DNA of 64,000 nucleotides from an uncultured Chloroflexia bacterium (GTDB taxonomy: Bacteria > Chloroflexota > Limnocylindria > Limnocylindrales > CSP1-4), in NCBI GenBank assembly GCA_963833535.1, contig CAWHYC010000008.1, forward strand, positions 457,738 through 521,737, given 5' to 3'. The translations under genes and the position numbers were made by a program. Under the pieces are notes generated by a model, which saw only the letters and a list, made by a program, of their open reading frames with translations, was not told the origin of the DNA and did no database searches. Below are positions 11,551 through 21,869 of this stretch, piece after piece; the first letter of the stretch is position 1; each line of letters begins with the position of its first letter.

Positions 11551-12096
11551 GTGGCACGCATCGACCCTTCCAGGCTGACGCTCGAAGAGCGCGTCGTCCA
11601 GATCAACCGGGTGGCCAAGGTGGTCAAGGGCGGCCGACGCTTCAGCTTCAGCGCGGTGGTCGTCGTCGGTGATCGCGCCGGCCACGTCGGGGCCGGCCTG
11701 GGCAAGGCGGGCGAGGTTCCCGAGGCCATCCGCAAGGGCGTGGAGGACGCCAAGAAGCACCTCATCAAGGTGCCCACCGTGGGCACCACGATCCCGCACG
11801 AGATCGTCCAGAAGTTCGGGGCCAGCATCGTCATCCTGAAGCCAGCCTCCCAGGGCACCGGCGTCGTCGCCGGCGGCTCGGTTCGGGCCGTCGTCGAATC
11901 GGCCGGCATCCGGGACATCCTCTCCAAGTCGCTCGGCTCGACCAACCCGGTCAACGTCGTGCGCGCGACCATCGAGGCTCTGCGCAACCTGCATTCGGCA
12001 GAGGAGCTCTCGGCGCGCCGCGGCCGCCCGCTGCGCAGCGTCATCAGCGGCCAGCCGTCGAGCCAGCCGGTCGAGGTGGGCGCCGATGGCCGGTAA
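11551..12096 (+). CDS. rpsE: 30S ribosomal protein S5
   Basis: In-frame GTG at 11551. [51 protein letters not shown] is S5. Confidence 0.9.
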   Translation: MARIDPSRLTLEERVVQINRVAKVVKGGRRFSFSAVVVVGDRAGHVGAGLGKAGEVPEAIRKGVEDAKKHLIKVPTVGTTIPHEIVQKFGASIVILKPASQGTGVVAGGSVRAVVESAGIRDILSKSLGSTNPVNVVRATIEALRNLHSAEELSARRGRPLRSVISGQPSSQPVEVGADGR

Positions 12097-12343
12097 GCTG
12101 CGCGTGACCCTCCACAAGAGCCCCATCAGCTACACGGCCCGGGCCCACGGCACGCTGCGAGCCATCGGCCTCCACCGCATCGGCCAGACGGTCGAGGTCG
12201 TGGACGACGCCGCCATGCGCGGCCAGGTCCGCGCCGTCCGCTTCCTGGTCACGGTCGAGGAGGTCCCCGCCGCCGGCACCAAGAGCGCCGGCACGAAGGC
12301 GGCCGCCGAGACCACCACCGACGACGAGGAGGCCCCCGCGTGA
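12086..12343 (+). CDS. rpmD: 50S ribosomal protein L30 with a short acidic C-terminal tail
   Basis: [60 protein letters not shown] is L30. About 25 extra residues follow. Confidence 0.88.
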   Translation: MAGKLRVTLHKSPISYTARAHGTLRAIGLHRIGQTVEVVDDAAMRGQVRAVRFLVTVEEVPAAGTKSAGTKAAAETTTDDEEAPA

Positions 12344-13158
12344 AGCTCCACGATCTTCGACCGGCGCCCGGCTCGACGACCGAGCGGACGCGTGTCGGCC
12401 GGGGCATCGCGGCCGGCAAGGGCAAGACCGCCGGCCGCGGCACGAAGGGCCAGAAGTCCCGGGCCGGTGGCTCTATGCCGGCCGGTTTCGAGGGTGGCCA
12501 GACACCCATCCGATCGCCGCGTGCCGAAGCTGCGCGGCTTCAAGAACCCGTTCAAGATCGCCTACGAAGTCGTCAACGTTGGCCGCATCTCGGAGTACGC
12601 CGAACAGGGTCGCTTCGCCGAGGCCGAGGCGGCCATGGAGGCTGCCGGCCGACGACCGCCGACGCCAAGGGCGCGCCGCTGACCGTCAACGGCGAGTTGC
12701 TCCGTGCGGCCGGCCTCATCGGCACGCTGCGGCAGCCGGTCAAGGTCCTTGGCGGTGGCGAGATCGACGGCCCGCTCTTCGTCGTCGCCGACGCCTTCAC
12801 GCGGAGCGCCCGCGAGAAGATCGAGGCCGCCGGCGGCACCGCGCAGCTCATCGAGCTGCCCGACCGACCGATGCCGGCCATCGGCCTGACGACCGACGAG
12901 GCCGCGCCATCGAGGAGGCCATCGACGCCGTTGCCGTCGACGAGGCCGTCGAAGCCGACGTCTCGGCCGAGGTCATCGACGCTGCAGCCGTGGCCGTCCG
13001 CCGATGCGATCGCGGCCACCAAGGCCACCAAGGCCCCCAAGGCCGGCAAGGCCAGCAAGGCCGCCGAGTCGACCGAGGCGGCCCCGGTCGACGGCGATGC
13101 CGCCGCCCGCGGCAAGAAGCCCACACGCAAGCGCACCAAGCCCGAGCCCGCGGAGTAG
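12340..13158 (+). CDS. rplO: 50S ribosomal protein L15 with a long C-terminal extension (at least two frame breaks)
   Basis: [56 protein letters not shown], then RRVPKLRGFKNPFKIAYEVVNVGRISEY in another frame (shifts at about 12510 and 12648). It then returns for PLTVNGELLRAAGLIGTLRQPVKVLGGGEIDGPLFVVADAFTRSAREKIEAAGG. A tail of about 120 aa ends KATKAPKAGKASKAA...KKPTRKRTKPEPAE*. Confidence 0.8.
   Translation: MKLHDLRPAPGSTTERTRVGRGIAAGKGKTAGRGTKGQKSRAGGSMPAGFEGGQTPIRSPRAEAARLQEPVQDRLRSRQRWPHLGVRRTGSLRRGRGGHGGCRPTTADAKGAPLTVNGELLRAAGLIGTLRQPVKVLGGGEIDGPLFVVADAFTRSAREKIEAAGGTAQLIELPDRPMPAIGLTTDEAAPSRRPSTPLPSTRPSKPTSRPRSSTLQPWPSADAIAATKATKAPKAGKASKAAESTEAAPVDGDAAARGKKPTRKRTKPEPAE
13021..13065 (+). 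repeat. Five tandem 9-nt units AAGGCCNNC inside the rplO 3' region (encode KAT-KAP-KAG-KAS-KAA)
   Basis: Read directly: aaggccacc aaggccccc aaggccggc aaggccagc aaggccgcc. Confidence 0.8.
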
Positions 13159-13164
13159 TCGTCG

Positions 13165-14466
13165 GTGCTCGACGCCCTCGTCAACGCGCTTCGCGCGCCG
13201 GATATCCGGCGCCGCATCCTCTTCGTCCTGGGGATGCTCGTCGTCTACCGGTTCCTGGCGCACATCCCGGTCCCGGGCGTCAACGTCTCCGCCGTCCAGA
13301 ACATGCTCGACCAGGGCAACGACTTCCTGCAGCTGCTGAACATCTTCTCGGGCGGCGGCCTGTCGAACTTCTCGATCGTGGCCCTGGGCGTCAACCCCTA
13401 CATCAACGCCTCGATCATCATGCAGCTCATGACGGGCGTCGTGCCCCGCCTGCAGAACCTCTCGCGCGAGGGCGAGTACGGCCGCAACAAGATCAACCAG
13501 TACACCCGCTACCTGACGGTGCCGCTGGGCATCCTGCAGGCCTACGGTTACCTTGCTCTGCTCTCCTCGGCCACGGCCGGCGGCGACCCGGCGATCACCA
13601 ACTTCGCCTTCGCCAGCCTCGAGACCTGGATGCAGATCATCACCCTCACCGCGGGCACCATCCTGGCCATGTGGATCGGCGAGCTGATCACCGAGCGGGG
13701 CATCGGCAACGGCATCAGCTTCATCATCTTCGCCGGCATCGTCAGCCGCATCCCGCTCGCGGTCGGGGCCTTCCTCGACAATCCTGACCTGGCTGCCGGC
13801 GTCGCCTTTGCCGTCGTCGCCATCTTCGCCGTGGTCGCGGTCGTCTACATCCAGGAAGGCCAGCGGCGCATCCCCGTCCAGTACGCCAGCCGCGTGCGCG
13901 GACGGCGCATGTACCAGGGCGGCTCGACCTTCCTGCCGCTGCGGGTCAACCAGGCCGGCGTCATCCCCATCATCTTCGCCATCAGCATCCTGCTCCTGCC
14001 GGCGCAGCTGGCCGCCTACTTCTCGACCTCGAGCGTCACGATCATCTCCGATATCTCGAAGTCGATCGTGACCCTGCTGAGCCCCAACAGTCCGCTGTAC
14101 ATCGTCTTCTACTTCCTGCTGACGGTCGGTTTCACCTACTTCTACACCGCCTTCACCTTCAAGCCCGACGAGACCGCGGACCAGCTGCGCAAGAACGGCG
14201 GCTTCATCCCGGGCATCCGTCCGGGCAACCCGACGCGCGACTACCTGGCCAAGGTCGTCACTCGCATCAGCCTCGCCGGCGCCCTCTTCCTGGGCACCGT
14301 GGCCGTCTCCCCGTCGATCATCTCGGCCCTCTTCTCCAGCTCGGTGCTGGGCAGCCTGAGCCTTGGCGGCACGGCGCTCCTGATCGTCGTCTCCGTCGTC
14401 GTCGAGACCATGAAGCAGCTCGAAGCTCAGCTCATGATGCGCAACTACGAGGGCTTCATCCGGTGA
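13165..14466 (+). CDS. secY: Preprotein translocase subunit SecY
   Basis: Intact 433-aa ORF, GTG start. Multi-pass membrane protein with typical SecY sequence (ALGVNPYINASIIMQL, GTALLIVV). Position after rplO. Confidence 0.95.
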   Translation: MLDALVNALRAPDIRRRILFVLGMLVVYRFLAHIPVPGVNVSAVQNMLDQGNDFLQLLNIFSGGGLSNFSIVALGVNPYINASIIMQLMTGVVPRLQNLSREGEYGRNKINQYTRYLTVPLGILQAYGYLALLSSATAGGDPAITNFAFASLETWMQIITLTAGTILAMWIGELITERGIGNGISFIIFAGIVSRIPLAVGAFLDNPDLAAGVAFAVVAIFAVVAVVYIQEGQRRIPVQYASRVRGRRMYQGGSTFLPLRVNQAGVIPIIFAISILLLPAQLAAYFSTSSVTIISDISKSIVTLLSPNSPLYIVFYFLLTVGFTYFYTAFTFKPDETADQLRKNGGFIPGIRPGNPTRDYLAKVVTRISLAGALFLGTVAVSPSIISALFSSSVLGSLSLGGTALLIVVSVVVETMKQLEAQLMMRNYEGFIR

Positions 14467-14473
14467 CGCGCTG

Positions 14474-15130
14474 ATGCGTCTGTACGTCATGATCGGCGCG
14501 CCGGGAGCAGGCAAGGGCACCCAGGCGGCCATCCTCGCGACCCGGACCGGCCTTCCGCACATCGCCTCCGGTGACCTCTTCCGCGCCGCCGTGCGCGACG
14601 AGACCAAGCTGGGACGCGAGGTGGCCGGTTACATGGAGCGTGGCGCGCTGGTCCCGGACGACCTCGCGATCCGTTTCGTTCTCGCCCGTCTGGGACAGCC
14701 CGATGCGGCCGAGGGGGCCATCCTGGATGGCTTCCCGCGCACCCGCCAGCAGGCCGAGGCCCTCGACGCCGCGCTGGCCAAGCGTTCGGCGGCCGTCCGC
14801 GGCGCGCTCTACATCGGGGTCCACGAGAAGGAGCTCATGCGCCGTCTCTCCGGGCGTTGGGTATGCCGAGCCGAGGGCCACACCTACCACAGCTTCGAAC
14901 GCCCGCCCGCCCACCCCGGCGAGTGCGACATCGACGGTTCGGAGCTCTACCAGCGCGACGATGACAGGCCGGCCACCGTCCGACAGCGCCTCGAGCGGCA
15001 GCTGCCGCCGATGTACGAGGTCATCGATCACTACACCGACCGTGGCGTGCTGACCGCCGTCGACGGTGAGCAACCCATCGAGGCGGTCACCGACGCGCTC
15101 ATGCGCGCGATCGCCCGACCGGCCCGCTGA
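14474..15130 (+). CDS. adk: Adenylate kinase
   Basis: 218 aa. P-loop GAPGAGKGTQ, ...GDLFR..., and a LID region. Confidence 0.93.
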   Translation: MRLYVMIGAPGAGKGTQAAILATRTGLPHIASGDLFRAAVRDETKLGREVAGYMERGALVPDDLAIRFVLARLGQPDAAEGAILDGFPRTRQQAEALDAALAKRSAAVRGALYIGVHEKELMRRLSGRWVCRAEGHTYHSFERPPAHPGECDIDGSELYQRDDDRPATVRQRLERQLPPMYEVIDHYTDRGVLTAVDGEQPIEAVTDALMRAIARPAR

Positions 15131-15141
15131 CGAGCGCCGCG

Positions 15142-15960
15142 ATGACCTTCCACGATCGACGTGTGACTCTCAAGAGCGCCGCACAGATCGAGCGCATGGC
15201 GGTCGCCGGGCGCCTGGTGGCCGACGTCCTCGATGCCGTCGAGGCGGCCGTCCGTCCCGGCGTCTCAACGCTCGAGCTGGATGCCATCGCCGAAGCGGTC
15301 ATCCGGGCTGCCGGCGCCACGCCATCATTCGTCGGCGTGCCCGGCGCCAAAGGGGCCTTCCGGCATTCGATCTGCGTCTCGATCGACGCCGAGGTCGTGC
15401 ACGGCATCCCCTCGGCCACGCGCATCGTGCGCGACGGGTCGCTCGTTTCCATCGATGCCGGCGCCATCGTCCATGGCTGGCATGGCGACGCCGCGCGGAC
15501 CTTCATCGTCGGGGCCGTCCCCGAACCTGCCGCCCGCCTCGTCGCGGCGGCCCGCGCGGCGATGATGGCGGGCATCGCGATGGCCATCCCGGGCAACCAC
15601 ATCGGCGACATCTCGGCGGCCGTCGAGGACGTCGCCCTGGCTGCCGGGCTGGGCATCGTGCGGGCCTTCGTCGGTCATGGCATCGGCACCGAGATGCACG
15701 AGGAGCCGCAGGTCCCCAACTACCGCCTCGCATCGCGCGGTCGGCAGCTCGAGGTCGGCCTCTGCCTGGCCATCGAGCCGATGTTCACGCTCGGCCGGCA
15801 CGAGGTGCGGGTCGAGGACGACGGCTGGACCGTGCGCACCGTCGACGGCGGGCTGGCGGCCCATTTCGAGCACAGCATGGCCATCACGGCGGACGGTCCG
15901 CGGATCCTGACCGTCAACCGCGTCACCGATCAGCGCTTGCCGGCGGTGGCCGCGACCTGA
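15142..15960 (+). CDS. map: Type I methionine aminopeptidase
   Basis: 272 aa. Motifs [31 protein letters not shown] and LAIEPM are typical of MetAP. Confidence 0.93.
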   Translation: MTFHDRRVTLKSAAQIERMAVAGRLVADVLDAVEAAVRPGVSTLELDAIAEAVIRAAGATPSFVGVPGAKGAFRHSICVSIDAEVVHGIPSATRIVRDGSLVSIDAGAIVHGWHGDAARTFIVGAVPEPAARLVAAARAAMMAGIAMAIPGNHIGDISAAVEDVALAAGLGIVRAFVGHGIGTEMHEEPQVPNYRLASRGRQLEVGLCLAIEPMFTLGRHEVRVEDDGWTVRTVDGGLAAHFEHSMAITADGPRILTVNRVTDQRLPAVAAT

Positions 15961-15996
15961 TACAATCCGCCTTCGTGCGCGCAGCATTCTGCGCGC
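15958..15996 (+). promoter_or_regulatory. Candidate internal promoter (extended -10 TGATACAAT) followed by an 8-bp GC hairpin, between map and infA
   Basis: TGATACAAT at 15958-15966 (the TG belongs to the map stop codon). A possible -35 TTGCCG at 15937-15942 gives an 18-nt spacer. Hairpin gcgcgcag-catt-ctgcgcgc at 15977-15996. Confidence 0.35.
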
Positions 15997-16087
15997 CACA
16001 TCAGCGCGTTCCGCCGGGCAGGCTACGGCCACCAGGCCGGGATGCGTCCAGGTCCGACCAAACGACACGAGGAGTCCCGCGCCGCCT

Positions 16088-16306
16088 GTGGCCAAGAAGG
16101 ATGCGATCGAAGTGGAAGGTACGGTCGTCGAGCCGTTGCCTAACGCGATGTTCGCCATCGAGCTCGAGAACGGCCACCGGGTCCTGGCCCATATCAGCGG
16201 CAAGCTCCGCATGAATTTCATCCGCATCCTGCCGGGCGACCGGGTCCGCGTCGAACTCTCGCCGTACGACCTCTCGCGTGGCCGGATCACGTATCGACTC
16301 AAGTAG
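16088..16306 (+). CDS. infA: Translation initiation factor IF-1
   Basis: 72 aa. [70 protein letters not shown] is IF-1. Confidence 0.96.
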   Translation: MAKKDAIEVEGTVVEPLPNAMFAIELENGHRVLAHISGKLRMNFIRILPGDRVRVELSPYDLSRGRITYRLK

Positions 16307-16318
16307 GGCAGGGGCATC

Positions 16319-16432
16319 GTGAAGGTCAGAGCGTCCGTCAAGGCACGCTGCGAGCGTTGCAAGGTCATCCGGCGCCACGGCACCGTGATGGTCATCTGCA
16401 GCAACCCCAAGCACAAGCAGCGGCAGGGCTAG
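16319..16432 (+). CDS. rpmJ: 50S ribosomal protein L36 (zinc type)
   Basis: Not in the ORF track because it is under 60 aa. GTG 16319. [37 protein letters not shown], with the C-x2-C...C-x4-H pattern. Confidence 0.9.
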   Translation: MKVRASVKARCERCKVIRRHGTVMVICSNPKHKQRQG

Positions 16433-16440
16433 GAGGCCGA

Positions 16441-16812
16441 GTGGCAAGGATCGCCGGTGTCGACATCCCGCGTGAGAAGCGCGTGGAGATCGCCCTCACG
16501 TACGTCTACGGGATCGGACTGCCGACCAGCCAGAAGATCCTGGCCCAGGCCAACGTGAACCCCGACACCCGCGTCCGTGACCTGACCGACGAGCAGGTGG
16601 CCCGCCTGCGCGAGATCATCGACCGGCGTTACAAGGTCGAAGGCGACCTGCGGCGTGAGGTCGCGCTCAACATCAAGCGGCTGCAGGAGATCGGCTCGTA
16701 TCGCGGTCTCCGTCACCGCCGCAACCTGCCCGTCCGCGGGCAACGCACCAAGACGAACGCACGGCAGCGCCGCGGTCCCAAGAAGACCGTCGGCGTCCGC
16801 CGCAAGAAGTAG
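16441..16812 (+). CDS. rpsM: 30S ribosomal protein S13
   Basis: GTG 16441 preceded by [32 protein letters not shown]...[24 protein letters not shown] is S13. Confidence 0.93.
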   Translation: MARIAGVDIPREKRVEIALTYVYGIGLPTSQKILAQANVNPDTRVRDLTDEQVARLREIIDRRYKVEGDLRREVALNIKRLQEIGSYRGLRHRRNLPVRGQRTKTNARQRRGPKKTVGVRRKK

Positions 16813-16832
16813 CCAGGAGCGTCTGACCGAGC

Positions 16833-17228
16833 ATGGCGGAACGGAAGCGCGTCGCGAAGACGCGTCGTCGCGAGAAGAAGAACGTGCCGCAGGGCCACGT
16901 TCACATCCAGGCGACCTTCAACAACACCATCATCACCATCACCGACCTGACCGGCGCCACCATCGCCTGGGGCAGCGCCGGCACGGCCGGATTCAAGGGC
17001 TCGCGCAAGAGCACGCCCTATGCCGCCGCCCAGAGCGCCGACGGCGCGGCCAAGCGCGCCATGGAGCACGGCATGCGCCAGGTCGAGGTCTTCGTCAAGG
17101 GCCCCGGCGCCGGCCGCGAGCAGGCCGTCCGCTCGCTGCAGGCCGCCGGCCTGGAGGTCACCGCCATCACCGATGTGACGCCCATCCCCCACAACGGCTG
17201 CCGCCCGCCCAAGCGGCGCAGGGTCTGA
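16833..17228 (+). CDS. rpsK: 30S ribosomal protein S11
   Basis: 131 aa. ...[21 protein letters not shown]...[13 protein letters not shown]...[11 protein letters not shown] is S11. Confidence 0.95.
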   Translation: MAERKRVAKTRRREKKNVPQGHVHIQATFNNTIITITDLTGATIAWGSAGTAGFKGSRKSTPYAAAQSADGAAKRAMEHGMRQVEVFVKGPGAGREQAVRSLQAAGLEVTAITDVTPIPHNGCRPPKRRRV

Positions 17229-17232
17229 CGCC

Positions 17233-17859
17233 ATGGCTCGCTACACCGGACCGGTCTGCCGCCTGTGTCGTAGGGAGGGCACCAAGCTCTTCCTCAAGGG
17301 CGCTCGCTGCTACTCCAAGAAATGCGCCGTCGAGCGTCGCCCGACGCCGCCCGGCCAGCACGGCGTCCGGCGCCGCAAGCAATCCGAGTTCGGCGTCCAG
17401 CTGCGCGAGAAGCAGAAGGTCCGCCGCGTCTACAGCGTCCTGGAGCGCCAGTTCCGGACCTACTTCGACGAGGCCGAGTCGCGCCCCGGCGTGACCGGCC
17501 AGAACCTGCTGACCCTGCTCGAGACGCGTCTCGACAACGTCACCTTCCGGATGGGCTTCGCGTCCAGCCGGGCACAGGCCAGGCAGCTCGTCAACCACGG
17601 CCACTTCCTGGTCAACGGCCGCAAGGCCGACGTGGCCAGCTACCGCCTTCGCCCCGGGGACCGCATCGAGGTCCGCGAGCGAAGCCGATCCACAGCCACC
17701 TTCAAGACCGCGCGCGAGACGCTCCGGACCGCCCAGGTCCCGGAGTGGCTGAGCGTCGAACCGGACAAGCTGGCCGGCAGCGTGACCGCGCTGCCGCGCC
17801 GCGACCAGATGCCGGCCGAGCTCAACGAGCAGCTCGTGGTCGAGTTCTACTCGAGGTAG
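17233..17859 (+). CDS. rpsD: 30S ribosomal protein S4
   Basis: 208 aa. [25 protein letters not shown]...S4 domain...VVEFYSR. Confidence 0.95.
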   Translation: MARYTGPVCRLCRREGTKLFLKGARCYSKKCAVERRPTPPGQHGVRRRKQSEFGVQLREKQKVRRVYSVLERQFRTYFDEAESRPGVTGQNLLTLLETRLDNVTFRMGFASSRAQARQLVNHGHFLVNGRKADVASYRLRPGDRIEVRERSRSTATFKTARETLRTAQVPEWLSVEPDKLAGSVTALPRRDQMPAELNEQLVVEFYSR

Positions 17860-17867
17860 TCCCGACG

Positions 17868-18866
17868 ATGATCGAACTGGAAAACGCACAGATCGAGTCG
17901 GTCGGGGATACCGACGCCACGTACGGCAAGTACGAGGCCAGCCCGCTGCCGGCAGGCTACGGCGTGACGCTGGGCAATGCCCTGCGCCGCGTCCTCCTGT
18001 CGTCGCTCGAGGGTGCCGCCGTGACCTCCATCCAGGTCCACGACATCTACCACGAGTTCAGCAGCCTGCCCGGCGTCAAGGAGGACCTGACCCAGATCGT
18101 CCTCAACGTCAAGAAGCTGCGACTCAAGAGCTACGCCCCGCATCCCGTGCAGCTCAAGCTGGTCAAGTCCGGCGCCGGCGTCGTGACCGCTGCCGACATC
18201 ACCGAGAACGCCGACGTCGAGATCGTCAACCCCGAGCAGCACCTCATGGTCCTCGACTCGGGCGACGTGACCATCGAGATCGACCTGACCGTCGAGCGCG
18301 GCGTCGGCTACCTGGCGGCCGAGCGGGCGGAGCCCCTGCCCATCGGCGTCATCCCCATCGACGCCATCTTCACGCCCGTGCGCAAGGTCAACTACACGGT
18401 CGAGAACACCCGCGTCGGCCAGATGACCAACTACGACAAGCTGACCATCGAGGTCGAGACCGACAGCACCATCGCCCCCGAGGAGGCGCTCTCGCAGGCC
18501 GCCGAGATCCTCGTCCACCAGTTCAGCTTGTTCACGACGGCCGGCAAGCCGGTCGCCCTCGACCGCCCCACGGCCGGCGGCCCGGCCATCCCGGCCAACA
18601 TGCTGGACATGCCCATCGAGGACCTCGACCTCCCGATGCGCGCCTACAACTCGCTCAAGCGCAACAACATCGTCAAGGTCGGCCAGCTCCTGCAGCTCAG
18701 CGACGACGACCTGCTGCGCATGCGCAACTTCGGCAAGAAGTCGCTCGACGAGATGAAGGAACGGCTCCGGATGCGCGGCTTCCTGCCGCCCGATGACCTC
18801 GATCTGGGTGGTCTCGACGACGTGGCCGACGAGGACGACGAGCCCTTCGACGAGGCCGAGGCCTGA
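17868..18866 (+). CDS. rpoA: DNA-directed RNA polymerase subunit alpha
   Basis: ATG 17868. MIELENAQIES...GYGVTLGNALRRVLLSSLEGAAVTSIQ (N-terminal domain) and a C-terminal domain with LDLPMRAYNSLKRNNIVKVGQL. Confidence 0.95.
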   Translation: MIELENAQIESVGDTDATYGKYEASPLPAGYGVTLGNALRRVLLSSLEGAAVTSIQVHDIYHEFSSLPGVKEDLTQIVLNVKKLRLKSYAPHPVQLKLVKSGAGVVTAADITENADVEIVNPEQHLMVLDSGDVTIEIDLTVERGVGYLAAERAEPLPIGVIPIDAIFTPVRKVNYTVENTRVGQMTNYDKLTIEVETDSTIAPEEALSQAAEILVHQFSLFTTAGKPVALDRPTAGGPAIPANMLDMPIEDLDLPMRAYNSLKRNNIVKVGQLLQLSDDDLLRMRNFGKKSLDEMKERLRMRGFLPPDDLDLGGLDDVADEDDEPFDEAEA

Positions 18867-18867
18867 G

Positions 18868-19221
18868 ATGTCCAACCGCGTCGACGGCCGCAAGCTCGGC
18901 CGCAAGACGGGGCCCAGGCTGGCGCTCTACAAGAACCTGACCGTGGCCATCCTGCGCTACGAGCAGGTCAAGACCACCGAGGCGCGAGCCAAGGAGGTCC
19001 GTGGTCGGGTCGAGCGCATGATCACACTCGCCAAGGATGGATCACTCAGCGCTCGGCGGCGCGTCGTGGCCGAGCTGCCCGACGAGCCGCTCGTCATCGA
19101 CAAGCTCTTCAAGGAGATCGCACCTCGGTATGCCGACCGCACCTCCGGCTACACCCGGCTGGTACGTATCGGCATACGCAACGGTGACGCAGCCCCGATC
19201 GTCCAGATCGAGCTCGTCTGA
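18868..19221 (+). CDS. rplQ: 50S ribosomal protein L17
   Basis: ATG 18868. [48 protein letters not shown]...[16 protein letters not shown] is L17. Confidence 0.93.
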   Translation: MSNRVDGRKLGRKTGPRLALYKNLTVAILRYEQVKTTEARAKEVRGRVERMITLAKDGSLSARRRVVAELPDEPLVIDKLFKEIAPRYADRTSGYTRLVRIGIRNGDAAPIVQIELV

Positions 19222-19228
19222 CCGCGGG

Positions 19229-20012
19229 ATGCGAGCGTCCGCCCGAGAGGGCGGTCCCGTGCGGTATGCCGCGCGGGTCGAATATGACGGCACGGACTTC
19301 GCCGGCTTCCAGGCCCAGCCTGGTCGTCGGACGGTCCAGGGGGAGCTCGAGGCAGCGCTGACGCGCCTCTCCGGCGGAGGCCGGGTCCGCGTCGATGCTG
19401 CCGGACGGACCGACGCCGGGGTCCACGCGACAGGCCAGGTCATCGCCTTCAGCCTCTCGCCTGGGACACCGGTCCGGGAGCTGGCGACAGCGCTGGACGC
19501 GCTGCTGCCGGCAGACGTCACGATCCACGCGGTCCGCCGCGTGGCGATCGGGTTCCGCCCACGCTATGCGGCGCGGTATCGGGAGTACCGCTACACCGTC
19601 TGGAACGGGCCGCGCAGCCCGCTTCGCGAGCGAACGGCGCTCGGGGTGCGGGAACCACTGGACGTCACCGCGATGGCGGAGGCGGCGCAGGCCCTCGTCG
19701 GCCGGCACGACTTCACCAGCTTCGGCGGCGGCCACCGACAACCGATCCGGACCGTGCACACGGATCCGGGTCCGCAGGCAGGGACGGACGATCACCATCG
19801 ACGTGGTCGGAGACGCCTTCCTGCGCCAGATGGTCCGGAGCATCGTGGCGGCCCTCATCCGTGTCGGACGGGGAGCGGCCACGAAGGAGGATGTCGCGGC
19901 GGCGCTCGAGTCGCCACGACGGGCGTTCGCAGGCGCCGTCGCCCCGCCCCAGGGGCTCTGCCTGCGACGGGTCGTCCTTGGACGGCCCGCTATCGACGAG
20001 GAACGGAGATGA
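19229..20012 (+). CDS. truA: tRNA pseudouridine(38-40) synthase TruA (one frame break near 19760)
   Basis: [30 protein letters not shown]...[14 protein letters not shown] (catalytic Asp motif) up to ...PIRTVH. Then [29 protein letters not shown] continues in the 19395..20012 frame. Start is ATG 19229 or GTG 19259. Confidence 0.85.
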
Positions 20013-20440
20013 CCACGAAGACTTATACACCGCGGGAGAGCGAGATCGAGCGCGCCTGGTTCGTCGTGGACGCGACGGACGAGACGCTCGGCCGCCTTGC
20101 GTCGCGCATCGCCCGCGTCCTCGAGGGCAAGCACAAGCCGACCTTCGCCACGCACCTCGACAGTGGCGACCACGTAGTCGTGGTCAATGCCGCCAAGATC
20201 ACCGTGACGCGCGACAAGCGCGAGACGAAGCTCTACATCCGCCACAGCGGCTACCCGCACGGCCTCAAGCAGGAGACGCTCGGCGATCTCCTCGCTCGTC
20301 GGCCCGAGGAGGCCATCCGCCGCGCGGTCAAGGGCATGCTGCCCCACAACCGCCTCGGCGCCCAGCAGTTGCGCAAGCTGAAGATCTACGCCGGGGCGGA
20401 GCATCCGCACCAGGCCCAGCGGCCCGAGCCGCTCGCCTAG
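20009..20440 (+). CDS. rplM: 50S ribosomal protein L13
   Basis: ATG 20009 (ATGA overlap with truA). ...[47 protein letters not shown] is L13. Confidence 0.94.
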   Translation: MTTKTYTPRESEIERAWFVVDATDETLGRLASRIARVLEGKHKPTFATHLDSGDHVVVVNAAKITVTRDKRETKLYIRHSGYPHGLKQETLGDLLARRPEEAIRRAVKGMLPHNRLGAQQLRKLKIYAGAEHPHQAQRPEPLA

Positions 20441-20450
20441 GAGCGCCACC

Positions 20451-20849
20451 ATGAGCACCACGTCCAGCTTCTTCTACGGCACCGGTCGCCGCAAGACGAG
20501 CATCGCCCGCGTTCGCCTCCTGGCTGGCGAGGGCGAGGTCGTCGTCAACGGTCGCTCGCTCGATGAGCACTTCGGGAACGCCGTCGACCAGGCCGGCATC
20601 CTGATGCCTTTCCGGGTGACGGGTACCGAGGGCCGCTTCAACGCCATGATCAAGGTCGAGGGCGGCGGCTACCAAGGCCAGGCGGGGGCCATCCGCCACG
20701 GCATCGCCCGGGCCATCCTGCAGTCCGATCCCGAGGCTCGGCTGCCGCTCCGCCAGGCCGGCTTCCTGAGCCGCGACCCGCGCATGAAGGAGCGCAAGAA
20801 GTACGGCCTGAAGCGCGCACGCAAGGCGCCGCAGTACACCAAGCGCTGA
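20451..20849 (+). CDS. rpsI: 30S ribosomal protein S9
   Basis: 132 aa. ...[16 protein letters not shown]...VNG...[18 protein letters not shown]...[25 protein letters not shown] is S9. Confidence 0.95.
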   Translation: MSTTSSFFYGTGRRKTSIARVRLLAGEGEVVVNGRSLDEHFGNAVDQAGILMPFRVTGTEGRFNAMIKVEGGGYQGQAGAIRHGIARAILQSDPEARLPLRQAGFLSRDPRMKERKKYGLKRARKAPQYTKR

Positions 20850-20872
20850 CGGCTTCGTCGCCAGGCCGCCCG

Positions 20873-21850
20873 ATGTCCGCGGCCGATCCGACGACGTCGC
20901 TCGAGGGCCGTCGCGGACGGGACCTGTTCTCGGCCGCCGACTTCGACCTCGATGGCTGGCGACGGCTCCTGGAGCTGGCGTCCGCGCTCAAGGCTGAGTG
21001 GCTGGCCGGTGGTCGACACGCACACGAGCCACTTCGCGGCCGCGCCGTGGCGCTCGTCTTCGAGCACCCCTCGCTGCGCACGCGGGTGAGCACGGAGCTT
21101 GCCGTCGGGCAGCTCGGCGGCCAGTCGGTCTACCTCTTCGGCGGCGACGTCGGCATCGGCCGGCGCGAGGCTGCGGACGACATCGGTCGTACGTTGGGGG
21201 CCTGGGTCGCCGCCATCGTGGCGCGGACGCTGCGCGACGAAACGCTTCGGGCGCTGGCCGACGGCGCCGCGGTACCCGTCATCAACGGCCTGACCGATCG
21301 CGAGCACCCCTTGCAGGCGGTCGCCGACGTGCTCACCGTCGTCGAGGCGTTCGGCAGTGTCGCGGGGCGCACGGTGACCTTCATCGGCGACGGCAACAAC
21401 GTCGCGGCCTCGCTGGCCATCGCCGTCACCAGCCTCGGCGGCCGGATGCGGCTGGCGACGCCCGACGGCTATGCCCCGCCGGCCGACCTCATGGCCCTGG
21501 CCGAGGCGCGTGCTCGAGCCACGGGCGGCACGCTCGAGTGGCTGACCGACCCGATGGCCGCTGCGCGCGGAGCGGACATCCTCTATACCGACGTCTGGAC
21601 CTCGATGGGCATGGAGGCGGAACGCGACCGCCGTCGGATGGCGCTTGCCGACTACCGCGTCTCCCGGGCGCTCCTGGCCCAGGCGGCACCGGGCTGCCGG
21701 GTGATGCACTGCCTGCCAGCGCACCCTGGCGAGGAGATCGAGGCCGAGCTCCTCGAGGCCTCCGTCAGCCTTATCGCCCGTCAGGCCGAGAACCGGCTCC
21801 ATGCCACGAAGGCGGTCCTGGCGACGCTCCTGGCGTACCCTGAGGCCTGA
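20873..21850 (+). CDS. argF: Ornithine carbamoyltransferase
   Basis: 325 aa. Carbamoyl-phosphate motif SLRTR (SxRTR), then HPLQ, DVWTSMG and HCLP. The GDGNNVAAS pattern fits OTC rather than ATCase. Confidence 0.85.
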   Translation: MSAADPTTSLEGRRGRDLFSAADFDLDGWRRLLELASALKAEWLAGGRHAHEPLRGRAVALVFEHPSLRTRVSTELAVGQLGGQSVYLFGGDVGIGRREAADDIGRTLGAWVAAIVARTLRDETLRALADGAAVPVINGLTDREHPLQAVADVLTVVEAFGSVAGRTVTFIGDGNNVAASLAIAVTSLGGRMRLATPDGYAPPADLMALAEARARATGGTLEWLTDPMAAARGADILYTDVWTSMGMEAERDRRRMALADYRVSRALLAQAAPGCRVMHCLPAHPGEEIEAELLEASVSLIARQAENRLHATKAVLATLLAYPEA

Positions 21851-21869
21851 CCCGAGCGAAAGGGAGCGC

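Noticed and set aside
20873-21850. An orphan argF directly after rpsI as a possible non-canonical carbamoyltransferase.
   Set aside because: All OTC-diagnostic motifs are present (SxRTR, HPLQ, DxxxSMG, HCLP), so there is no sequence reason to propose a different substrate. Isolated argF genes are common.
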